A stretch of 64,000 nucleotides of DNA, taken from the NCBI GenBank assembly GCA_964637295.1, contig CAZWWE010000001.1:20327-84326 (forward strand), in the 5' to 3' direction. How positions within the stretch are numbered: the stretch's first letter is position 1; the number at the start of each line of letters is the position of its first letter. The stretch is from an uncultured Pseudomonadales bacterium (GTDB lineage: Bacteria; Patescibacteriota; Microgenomatia; UBA1400; PJMF01). This document shows positions 56,613 to 64,000 of the stretch, in pieces. The position numbers and the translations under genes were made by a program. Under the pieces are notes generated by a model that ran no database searches, was not told where the DNA came from, and saw only the letters and a program-made list of their open reading frames with translations.

Positions 56613-57002
56613 TTACCAGATTTGGCAAAGCACCTCTCCACCAACCTTATTTTTGCGTGCACTTTTACCATCCATAATTCCCTGATTAGTAGATAAAATC
56701 GTTAAACCATAACCATTGAGGGTGTTAGGAATTGCACTAGCATTTCTATAAACACGACAACCAGGTTTTGAAATTCTTTTGACACCACTAATTACTGGTG
56801 ATTTGGCAAAATATTTAAGCGTAATTTTAATTTGTTTAAAAGCTGTCGTCTCTATAACTGCACAGTCTTCAATGTAATTAAATTCTTTCAAAATTCTTGC
56901 AATAGCAAATTTCACTTTAGAATGAGGCACTAGCAATTCTTTGCGTCCTGCCATCACGCTGTTCTTTATTCTGATAATCATGTCTGCAATAGGATCGGTC
57001 AT
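56613..57002 (-). CDS. rpsH: 30S ribosomal protein S8
   Basis: TDPIADM..RIKN, RISKPG.RVY, VGGEV. Confidence 0.97.
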   Translation of the reverse strand: MTDPIADMIIRIKNSVMAGRKELLVPHSKVKFAIARILKEFNYIEDCAVIETTAFKQIKITLKYFAKSPVISGVKRISKPGCRVYRNASAIPNTLNGYGLTILSTNQGIMDGKSARKNKVGGEVLCQIW

Positions 57003-57013
57003 ATTTTTTATTT

Positions 57014-57244
57014 TTATTTACTGGTTTTTACTACGCCTGGCAGTTCACCTCGAACTGCTAATTCTCTGAAGGTCAAACGACTTAAACCAAAAAATCTCAT
57101 GTAACCTTTTGGGCGACCCGTAATTTTACAACGATTTACGCCTCTAGTCGAGACTCGATTTACTTTTTTCACTCCTGCTTTAAACAAAATTTCTTGTTTA
57201 GCTAGAATTTTTTTAGATTTAGCGATTTTTGATTTTTTAGCCAT
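57014..57244 (-). CDS. rpsN: 30S ribosomal protein S14 (zinc-free type, 76 aa)
   Basis: MAKKSKI...[33 protein letters not shown]; ATG at 57244. Confidence 0.95.
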   Translation of the reverse strand: MAKKSKIAKSKKILAKQEILFKAGVKKVNRVSTRGVNRCKITGRPKGYMRFFGLSRLTFRELAVRGELPGVVKTSK

Positions 57245-57323
57245 ACAGCTCGCGTTTTGATTTTTCTCCTCAGTTATCTCTTGAGCGAAGATATTCGCTG
57301 CGGTGATTTCATGCCTCGAAAAA

Positions 57324-57896
57324 TTAAAATGCTCCTTTCTCAGTTTCCTCTTTTTTAAATGGCATTCCCAATAACTCCAACAAACGAAATGCTTCTTGAT
57401 CATTTTTGTTACTAGTTACGATGTTGATTTGCAAAGGTCGAATGTGATCGATTTGATCAAATTCTATTTCAGGGAAAGAAATTTGTTCTTCGATGCCTAA
57501 ACTATAGTTGCCTTGACCATCAAAGGCGGTTCTGCTGACTCCGCGAAAATCTTTGACCCGAGGCAAAACGATCGAAATTAGTCTGTCCAAAAACTCCCAC
57601 ATCAAAGTGCCACGTAAAGTAACCATCACTCCCATCGGGTCGCCAGCTCTTAACTTAAAATTTGAAACAGCTTTACGAGCCTTTGTCACTTGAGGATGTT
57701 GACCAGTAATCGCTTCAAATTGTTTAACGATTAGAGGCATCACTTTTTCTCGAGCATGAGGATCTTGCGGCTCAGCTACACCCATATTAAGCACGATTTT
57801 TTCAATTTTGCTAGCTTGCTGAGCATTTTGGTAAGCAAATTCCTTCATTAAGGTTTTAAGCACTTCTTGCTGGTATTTTTCTTTCAAACGATTCAT
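57324..57896 (-). CDS. rplE: 50S ribosomal protein L5
   Basis: [32 protein letters not shown]. Confidence 0.97.
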   Translation of the reverse strand: MNRLKEKYQQEVLKTLMKEFAYQNAQQASKIEKIVLNMGVAEPQDPHAREKVMPLIVKQFEAITGQHPQVTKARKAVSNFKLRAGDPMGVMVTLRGTLMWEFLDRLISIVLPRVKDFRGVSRTAFDGQGNYSLGIEEQISFPEIEFDQIDHIRPLQINIVTSNKNDQEAFRLLELLGMPFKKEETEKGAF

Positions 57897-57898
57897 AT

Positions 57899-58237
57899 TT
57901 ATTTTTTCTTCTGAGCCTTAGCTACTTTTTCAGTTTTAATGATTTGACCAGTTTTTTTAAAAATTCTTTCTTTTTGACCAGCAGCAGTAGCTCGATAGGC
58001 AATGCGATCTGCTTGATCCTTGTCATTCAAAATCGCTACTTTCGCCACAGACATCGGTCTTTCTCTTCTCACTTTTTCGCCTTTGCGATCCATAAAGGGC
58101 TTAACATGTTTGAAATACATGTTGACATCTTTGACTAAAACTTGATCTAGAGCAGGATAAACTGCGATTATTTCGCTTTTTTTACCCTTATCTTTACCGG
58201 CAGTCACCAAGACTTTGTCGCCAATTTTTAATTTCAT
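57899..58237 (-). CDS. rplX: 50S ribosomal protein L24
   Basis: [15 protein letters not shown] motif. Confidence 0.96.
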   Translation of the reverse strand: MKLKIGDKVLVTAGKDKGKKSEIIAVYPALDQVLVKDVNMYFKHVKPFMDRKGEKVRRERPMSVAKVAILNDKDQADRIAYRATAAGQKERIFKKTGQIIKTEKVAKAQKKK

Positions 58238-58608
58238 AAAACCTCCGGTGCTAAACTTGCAATTTTATTATATCCTTGATCTTTAACTTCACGAGCAATC
58301 GGTCCAAACACACGTGTGCCGACTGGTTCTTTGTTATTTCTGGCTTGCACAATTACAGCGGCGTTTTCATCAAAACGAATATATTCGCCACTAGTTCTTT
58401 TTTGTTCTTTGCTGGTGCGCACAATCACTGCTCGAACTTTTTCACCCTTTTTCAAAGTCCCATTGGTGTCGGCAGCAATCACTGATGCGATGACCATATC
58501 GCCTACGCCGCCAAATTTTCTTCTAGAACCACCATAAACCTGAATGACTCTGATTTTTTTGGCGCCGCTATTGTCAGCAACATTAAGAACTGATTTAAGT
58601 TGTATCAT
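58234..58608 (-). CDS. rplN: 50S ribosomal protein L14
   Basis: MIQ...[27 protein letters not shown]. Confidence 0.98.
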   Translation of the reverse strand: MIQLKSVLNVADNSGAKKIRVIQVYGGSRRKFGGVGDMVIASVIAADTNGTLKKGEKVRAVIVRTSKEQKRTSGEYIRFDENAAVIVQARNNKEPVGTRVFGPIAREVKDQGYNKIASLAPEVL

Positions 58609-58610
58609 GA

Positions 58611-58850
58611 TTATTTTCCAATTTTCTTAGTTACTTTAAATCTTTTAGATTTGCTAAGTGGACGAGTTTCTTCGATTTCCACCATATCTGCTAAAACAAG
58701 TGGCATATTTTTTTGATCGTAGGCACAAGCATATTTTTTACTACGTCTCACCAATTTTTGGTAAAGAGGATGAGCAAATTTGCGTTCCACGCGCACAATC
58801 GCAGTGTCTTGCATTTTCAAAGAAGTAACTTTACCCTGTAACTTTTTCAT
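58611..58850 (-). CDS. rpsQ: 30S ribosomal protein S17
   Basis: [23 protein letters not shown]. Confidence 0.96.
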   Translation of the reverse strand: MKKLQGKVTSLKMQDTAIVRVERKFAHPLYQKLVRRSKKYACAYDQKNMPLVLADMVEIEETRPLSKSKRFKVTKKIGK

Positions 58851-58851
58851 A

Positions 58852-59058
58852 TTATTTATTCTGTAATTTCTTTTCTGTCAGAATGGTTTTAATTCTGGCA
58901 ATATGATCACTTAAGTTTTTCAATTTAGCGACACTACTTAATTTTCCAACTTTTTTTTGCAAACGCATGTTGGCTAAATCGTGATTTAAGCCGACTAGAC
59001 TTTTTTCTAATTCCGCCACAGTTTGTTGATGTAGTGCTTGCAAATCATTTTTTTTCAT
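58852..59058 (-). CDS. rpmC: 50S ribosomal protein L29
   Basis: IARIKTIL.E; located between rplP and rpsQ. Confidence 0.92.
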   Translation of the reverse strand: MKKNDLQALHQQTVAELEKSLVGLNHDLANMRLQKKVGKLSSVAKLKNLSDHIARIKTILTEKKLQNK

Positions 59059-59466
59059 TTAATTTTTCTTTACAAATTCGGTTTTAACTGCTAATTTAGC
59101 GGCTGCTTTTTGCAAAGCGGCTTTGGCCATTTCCTCACTTACACCGCCAATTTCAAACAAAATGAAACCAGGCTTAACTAAAGCAACATATTGTTCAATC
59201 GCCCCTTTGCCTGAACCCATTTTGACACCCAACGGCTTTTGAGTTAAAGGCTTGTGAGGGAAAATTTTAATCCAGTATTTGCCCTCTCTTTTAGTGGCAT
59301 AAGTAATTTTTTTACGCGCTGCCTCAATCTGACGAGCAGAAATTTCTCCCAAACCTAAAGCTCGTAAACCATATTCGCCAAAGACAATCTCACAGCCTTT
59401 TAAGGCTTTACCTCTGTTCTTCCCTCGAAAGGTCTTGCGGTATTTTACTTTTTTCGGTTGTAACAT
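59059..59466 (-). CDS. rplP: 50S ribosomal protein L16
   Basis: [24 protein letters not shown]. Confidence 0.98.
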   Translation of the reverse strand: MLQPKKVKYRKTFRGKNRGKALKGCEIVFGEYGLRALGLGEISARQIEAARKKITYATKREGKYWIKIFPHKPLTQKPLGVKMGSGKGAIEQYVALVKPGFILFEIGGVSEEMAKAALQKAAAKLAVKTEFVKKN

Positions 59467-59468
59467 GG

Positions 59469-60119
59469 CTAAATAATTTCACCTTTATAAATCCATACTT
59501 TTATGCCCACAAAGCCAGATCTCGTTTTGGCTGGAGCTTCATAATAATCAATATTGGCTCTTAAGGTCTGAGTAGGAATACTACCTTGAAAATATTTCTC
59601 GCTACGAGCAATTTCTGCACCAGCTATTCTACCAGAAAGTTGAATTTTTACACCTTTAGCGCCTGCGGCCATGACTCTTTCCATCGCTTGACTGACTGCG
59701 CGACGATGTGGGAATCTAGCTAGTAGTTGTGAAACAATTTTTTCCACCACTAGCTTAGCACTTAAATCTGGTTTTTTAACTTCTTCAACTTTTAATTCAA
59801 TTCTAGCCTTATCTTTTTTATCTTTGGCTACGTTGACCACTCTTTCCACTCCTTGTTTTACTTTATCTAAATTGGCTCCTCCTTTGCCAATTACCACACC
59901 TGGTCTGGCTACTGATAAAATTAACAACAGTTTATTGATGGATCTCTTAATCTCGACATCAACTAAACCAGCATTGGCCAAACTTTTTTCTAAGTATTGA
60001 CGCAAGCGAAAATCTTCTAAAACTTTATTGGCGTAATCTGCTTTGGACGCAAACCAAAGAGATTTCCAATTAAAAATCCCGCCTGTTCTAAAATTGATTG
60101 GATTAACTTTTTGTCCCAT
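59469..60119 (-). CDS. rpsC: 30S ribosomal protein S3
   Basis: [38 protein letters not shown]. Confidence 0.98.
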   Translation of the reverse strand: MGQKVNPINFRTGGIFNWKSLWFASKADYANKVLEDFRLRQYLEKSLANAGLVDVEIKRSINKLLLILSVARPGVVIGKGGANLDKVKQGVERVVNVAKDKKDKARIELKVEEVKKPDLSAKLVVEKIVSQLLARFPHRRAVSQAMERVMAAGAKGVKIQLSGRIAGAEIARSEKYFQGSIPTQTLRANIDYYEAPAKTRSGFVGIKVWIYKGEII

Positions 60120-60123
60120 ATCT

Positions 60124-60672
60124 TTACTTAGATCCCTTTTTTTGACTTTGTATTAATTTATTAGCTTGCCCTTTACCTGCGCTCTGCAGTTTAACGGCTT
60201 GGCTTTTACTGCGATCTAACTTAATTGCTTCTTGAGCTTTTTTGGCAGTTTCTTTTTTAATTTCAACTTTGGCTTCATTTTTGACTGAAGCTTTTTGGAC
60301 AACTTCAGTTTTTTTAGCAAGCTCAGAGGTCTTGATTTCTTTTTTGGTTCTCAAATCAACTCTGACGTGACAAGTCCTCTTTAAAATAGTGTGAGCTCGA
60401 CCACGACTGACAGCGCGCCATCTTTTCAGTGCTGGACCATCATTCACCCAAATTTTATCAATTTCTAAATCAGTTACAGCTAAACCAAAGTTATTGGTGG
60501 CATTAGCAGTAGCTTGACGTAAAACCTTCAATACTAAAAGACTAGATTTACGATTGATGGTAGCTAAATGTTTAATCGCATCAACGATGCTCATTTTTTT
60601 AATCACATCAGCTACTAAACGTACTTTACGTGCTGGCTGTCTGGTGTTTTTTTGCTCTGCTTTAATTATCAT
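60124..60672 (-). CDS. rplV: 50S ribosomal protein L22 (C-terminal extension)
   Basis: RKVRLVAD.I, V.DGP.LKR....RGRA..I.KRTCH. Confidence 0.96.
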   Translation of the reverse strand: MIIKAEQKNTRQPARKVRLVADVIKKMSIVDAIKHLATINRKSSLLVLKVLRQATANATNNFGLAVTDLEIDKIWVNDGPALKRWRAVSRGRAHTILKRTCHVRVDLRTKKEIKTSELAKKTEVVQKASVKNEAKVEIKKETAKKAQEAIKLDRSKSQAVKLQSAGKGQANKLIQSQKKGSK

Positions 60673-60693
60673 GTTAATTTTTCCAAAAAAAGT

Positions 60694-60978
60694 TTAAGTT
60701 TTAGTCAACAATCTCTTCACAATTTTGCCATGACCTCTAAAGGTTCTAGTAGGCGCAAATTCTCCTAAATTATGACCGACCATCATTTCAGAGACAAACA
60801 CTTCCACAAAGTTTTTGCCTTGATGAACCATAAAAGTATGGCCAACAAATTCTGGAGCAATCACGCAAGCGCGACTCCAAGTTTTGATTGCTTTATTCTC
60901 CCCACTGGCTTTCTGTGCCATCACTTTTTTTAGAAGTTTTGGGTCGATGTATGGTCCTTTTTTACTTGATCTAGACAT
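60694..60978 (-). CDS. rpsS: 30S ribosomal protein S19
   Basis: [27 protein letters not shown]. Confidence 0.98.
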   Translation of the reverse strand: MSRSSKKGPYIDPKLLKKVMAQKASGENKAIKTWSRACVIAPEFVGHTFMVHQGKNFVEVFVSEMMVGHNLGEFAPTRTFRGHGKIVKRLLTKT

Positions 60979-60997
60979 ATTGTAACATTACCTTTTA

Positions 60998-61834
60998 TTA
61001 GTTTTTAGCTCGACGATCTCTAACTAAAAAACGATTAGATTTTTTAACACTTCTAGTTTTTCTTCCTGGTGCCACATTTTGACCCCATGGAGATTTGGCG
61101 TGTTTCAAACCTACGCCGCTACGGCCTTCACCACCGCCATGTGGATGACTATCAGGATGTTGAGCAGTACCTCTAACGGTGGGCCTAATACCCATCATTC
61201 TCTTGCGGCCAGCTTTACCTAACTTAATGTTTTTCCACTCTTGATTACCCACCCGACCAATGGTCGCTAAACATTCTAAATTTACCAAACGCTGTTCCTT
61301 AGAAGGTAGAGCAATAATAGCGTATTTCGCTTCTTTGGATTGAATAATCGCTCCAAGACCAGCTCCTCTAACAATTTGAGCTCCTTTGCCATGGCGCAGT
61401 TCAATATTATGAATTTCTACACCAATAGGAATGTTTTTAAGTTGCATGCAGTTGCCAACTTTAATATCAGTTTTTTCTTCCGCAATGATTTCAGCTCCAA
61501 TCTCTAAACCTTCTGGTGCTAAAATATATCTTTTTTCACCATCTCTGTAAAAAAGCAGAGCCACATTGGCGCTGCGCATTGGATCGTATTCAATTCTTTT
61601 GACAATCGCGGGCACACCAATTTTGTCACGACGAAAGTCAATCACTCTCATTTTCTTTTTGACTCCACCACCACGATGTCTCATCGAAATATGACCACTA
61701 GCATCTTTGCCTTGTCGTTTCTTATGACCTTTGGCTAATAGTGATTTTTCAGGCTTACCCTTGTGCAATTGTGCACGATCGAGATCTAAGCGATGTCTTT
61801 TGGCGGGGGTAGTGCCCTTCATCTTTTTTAACAT
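60998..61834 (-). CDS. rplB: 50S ribosomal protein L2
   Basis: RHRGGG, IEYDP.RSA, RPTVRG, HPHGGGEG. Confidence 0.98.
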   Translation of the reverse strand: MLKKMKGTTPAKRHRLDLDRAQLHKGKPEKSLLAKGHKKRQGKDASGHISMRHRGGGVKKKMRVIDFRRDKIGVPAIVKRIEYDPMRSANVALLFYRDGEKRYILAPEGLEIGAEIIAEEKTDIKVGNCMQLKNIPIGVEIHNIELRHGKGAQIVRGAGLGAIIQSKEAKYAIIALPSKEQRLVNLECLATIGRVGNQEWKNIKLGKAGRKRMMGIRPTVRGTAQHPDSHPHGGGEGRSGVGLKHAKSPWGQNVAPGRKTRSVKKSNRFLVRDRRAKN

Positions 61835-62133
61835 TAGCTTTCTCCTCCTACATCAAATAGATCGATATGATTATCAGCAGCCAAAGTCACGTAAGCTTTC
61901 TTGGTCTTTGGACTAAGGGTGTTGATTCTTTTTTTACCAGTTTTCTTTTTAACTCGATGTCTAACCACAGTGTTGACTGACAAAACTTTGACGCCAAAAA
62001 CAGTGGCAACTGCCTCTTTAATTTGACCTTTGTGAGCACTCATTTCGACTTCAAAAGTATAGACGTGCTCTTTTTTAGCTAAGCTAAGAGATCTTTCAGT
62101 CACAACTGGTTTTTTGATTAGATAAGCATTCAT
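61834..62133 (-). CDS. rplW: 50S ribosomal protein L23
   Basis: IKKPVVTE.S, F.VKV..VNT, KKAYVTL. Confidence 0.96.
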   Translation of the reverse strand: MNAYLIKKPVVTERSLSLAKKEHVYTFEVEMSAHKGQIKEAVATVFGVKVLSVNTVVRHRVKKKTGKKRINTLSPKTKKAYVTLAADNHIDLFDVGGES

Positions 62134-62135
62134 GA

Positions 62136-62780
62136 TTATTTCTTAAGAGTTGTTTTTTTAACTTTTAATAATCTTTCTTCTAAAATTTTTAAAGCGGCTA
62201 AATCAATCACAATTTTATCAGCCATAGCCACATGTAAGGCATTAATACGATCAGCAGTCATCACTAAAACGTTTTCCATATTGCGTAATGATCGTAAAAC
62301 TAGCTCAGAATTTTTTGCTAAAACAACCAAAACCTTTTCATTTTTTGTACTTGCTGCTGACAAAAGCTTGGTCGCTTCGGCAGTTTTTCCTTTCAAAGAA
62401 GCAATATCTTTACTTAAAAAAAGATTACTTTTTTGAGCACTAAAAGCTAATTTAAGAGCCAAAAGCTTGCTTTTGACAGTTAAGGTTTTGACCCAATTTT
62501 CAATCCCTCTTGGACCATGAGAAACACCGCCACCCACAAAAATATTGGGGGTACGAGCACCATGACGAGCATTGCCAGTTCCTTTTTGTTTGTACCATTT
62601 TTTCTTAGTACGATTAATCTCAGATCTAGTTTTAGTGTGACTAGTGCCCTGTCTTAAATTACTCAAATAAACTCTAATCGCTTGAGTCAACAAAAGTTTA
62701 GAAGTAGCACTAGCAAACAAAGCATCGCTTACTCTGACTTTTTCATTTTTGCTGGTAGAGTCAATGACGGTTAATTGCAT
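62136..62780 (-). CDS. rplD: 50S ribosomal protein L4
   Basis: RQGT..TKTRSE, QKGTGNARHG, GGG..HGP. Confidence 0.97.
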   Translation of the reverse strand: MQLTVIDSTSKNEKVRVSDALFASATSKLLLTQAIRVYLSNLRQGTSHTKTRSEINRTKKKWYKQKGTGNARHGARTPNIFVGGGVSHGPRGIENWVKTLTVKSKLLALKLAFSAQKSNLFLSKDIASLKGKTAEATKLLSAASTKNEKVLVVLAKNSELVLRSLRNMENVLVMTADRINALHVAMADKIVIDLAALKILEERLLKVKKTTLKK

Positions 62781-63526
62781 TATGACTTACTTTCTTCTTT
62801 GACCGATTCGGTTGCTGCTTGATTCTCAACACTCTCAATGTTTTCAGTTAAACCTAAGTTTTTTAAATTTAATTTGATATTTTTACTGTTGCCAGTTTTA
62901 CTAATTGCTACAGTAGCACTGCGATAACCTGGCACTGGACCATTGACCCACAATTCATTGTTTTTTTGATCAAGATAAACGATCACTAAACCAGATACGG
63001 TCTTAGTTTCACAACCATAATGGCCAGGCATTCTTTTGCCTTTCCAAATACGACCTGGTGTAGTACCAGAACCAATAGAACCCACTGCACGAGCTCGATC
63101 TGATTGACCATGAGTTTTGGGGCCACCATGAAAACCATGACGTTTCATGGCACCAGCGAAACCTCGACCTTTGGTTGAACCCTGAATTTCAACGATGTCA
63201 CCTACTTGAAAAATCTCACTAAGTGATAAGGTTTGACCAACTTGCACTTGCTCAGTGCTTTCTTCAGCAGCTAATTTAACCCCTCGAACTTGCTTCAAAC
63301 CAAAAGAAAAACCACTTTTCTCAATTTTTGATCTAAGTGGTTTATCGACATTCTTTAATTTTTTCAGACCGTAGCCAATTTCCAAAGTAATTTGTTTATC
63401 TTGGGTTTCTTTTTTAGACAAAACCACATTGTTATCCACCTTAAGCTTGGTGATTGGCAAACGCTTGCCCTCTTCTGACCAGGCTTGCGACATTTCCATC
63501 TTGGTAGCAAATATTGTTTTTATCAT
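62780..63526 (-). CDS. rplC: 50S ribosomal protein L3
   Basis: KGRGFAGAMKRHGF.GGPKTHG, PGRIWKGKRMPGH.G. Confidence 0.97.
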   Translation of the reverse strand: MIKTIFATKMEMSQAWSEEGKRLPITKLKVDNNVVLSKKETQDKQITLEIGYGLKKLKNVDKPLRSKIEKSGFSFGLKQVRGVKLAAEESTEQVQVGQTLSLSEIFQVGDIVEIQGSTKGRGFAGAMKRHGFHGGPKTHGQSDRARAVGSIGSGTTPGRIWKGKRMPGHYGCETKTVSGLVIVYLDQKNNELWVNGPVPGYRSATVAISKTGNSKNIKLNLKNLGLTENIESVENQAATESVKEESKS

Positions 63527-63583
63527 GGTTTTTTATCAAAAAAATAAACTTTGGGTTCACCCAATTCCTTCTGCCTTCATGAA

Positions 63584-63904
63584 CTACATTTTGATTTGAA
63601 TATCCACACCAGCAGGTAGTTCCAAGTGCATTAGAGAGTCGATGGTTTTATTGGTTGGATCGATAATATCAATCAAACGTTTGTGCGTACGAATCTCGTA
63701 ATGCTCTTGAGCATTTTTGTCAGTATGAGGTGAAATCAAAACCGTAAAAGATTTTTTATGAGTTGGCAATGGCACTGGACCAATAATCTTGGCGCCTGTA
63801 GACAGAGCTGTTTGTAAGATCTTACGAGAAGCCTCGTCGATGACGCGGTGATCGTAAGATTTAAGTCTCACTCTAATCTTGTATGAGTTTTGATTTTTAG
63901 TCAT
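63584..63904 (-). CDS. rpsJ: 30S ribosomal protein S10
   Basis: [32 protein letters not shown]. Confidence 0.98.
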   Translation of the reverse strand: MTKNQNSYKIRVRLKSYDHRVIDEASRKILQTALSTGAKIIGPVPLPTHKKSFTVLISPHTDKNAQEHYEIRTHKRLIDIIDPTNKTIDSLMHLELPAGVDIQIKM

Positions 63905-64000
63905 ACTATTTTTAATTTATTGCTTTCTTTAGCTTGTGATCTCTTAAATCACAAAACGCGATTATATCCAATTCCCGCCTGCTTGTACAGAGGAAATTTT

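Noticed and set aside
57014-57403. Long ORF-track versions of rpsN, rpsM, rpsD, the RRM gene and the cupin gene
   Set aside because: The upstream extensions overlap neighbouring genes or leaders; conserved N-termini begin at downstream ATGs
48474-61916. Numerous short antisense or alternate-frame ORFs over ribosomal protein genes (and similar ones over suf, ftsX, ABC and GT genes)
   Set aside because: They overlap well-supported conserved genes and have no protein motifs

Overview
AT-rich bacterial chromosome segment (genetic code 11) whose features point to a Patescibacteria/CPR, probably Microgenomates-type, genome: no rpmD in the S10-spc-alpha cluster, several GT-C glycosyltransferases, and few Shine-Dalgarno sites. 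Housekeeping content includes the prfB 3' end, ftsEX with an M23 protein, metK with a SAM riboswitch, a CIRCE-controlled Hsp20, a suf-mnmA operon, HU and the ribosomal protein supercluster (48-64 kb). There is also a four-gene carotenoid operon. Three stand-alone tRNA-Ser genes occur (GCT, GGA and a rare ACT anticodon). The most striking signal is an integrase-free system of gene cassettes anchored at tRNA-Ser 3' ends. A fixed-length 100-bp left-end element (A) follows each tRNA or tRNA-3'-like core, and conserved right-end elements (B or C) plus a degenerate T-arm/acceptor fragment close each unit. About five units are stacked in tandem behind tRNA-Ser(GCT) and one sits behind tRNA-Ser(GGA), each with unrelated cargo. 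All calls were made by eye from the sequence; no searches were run.
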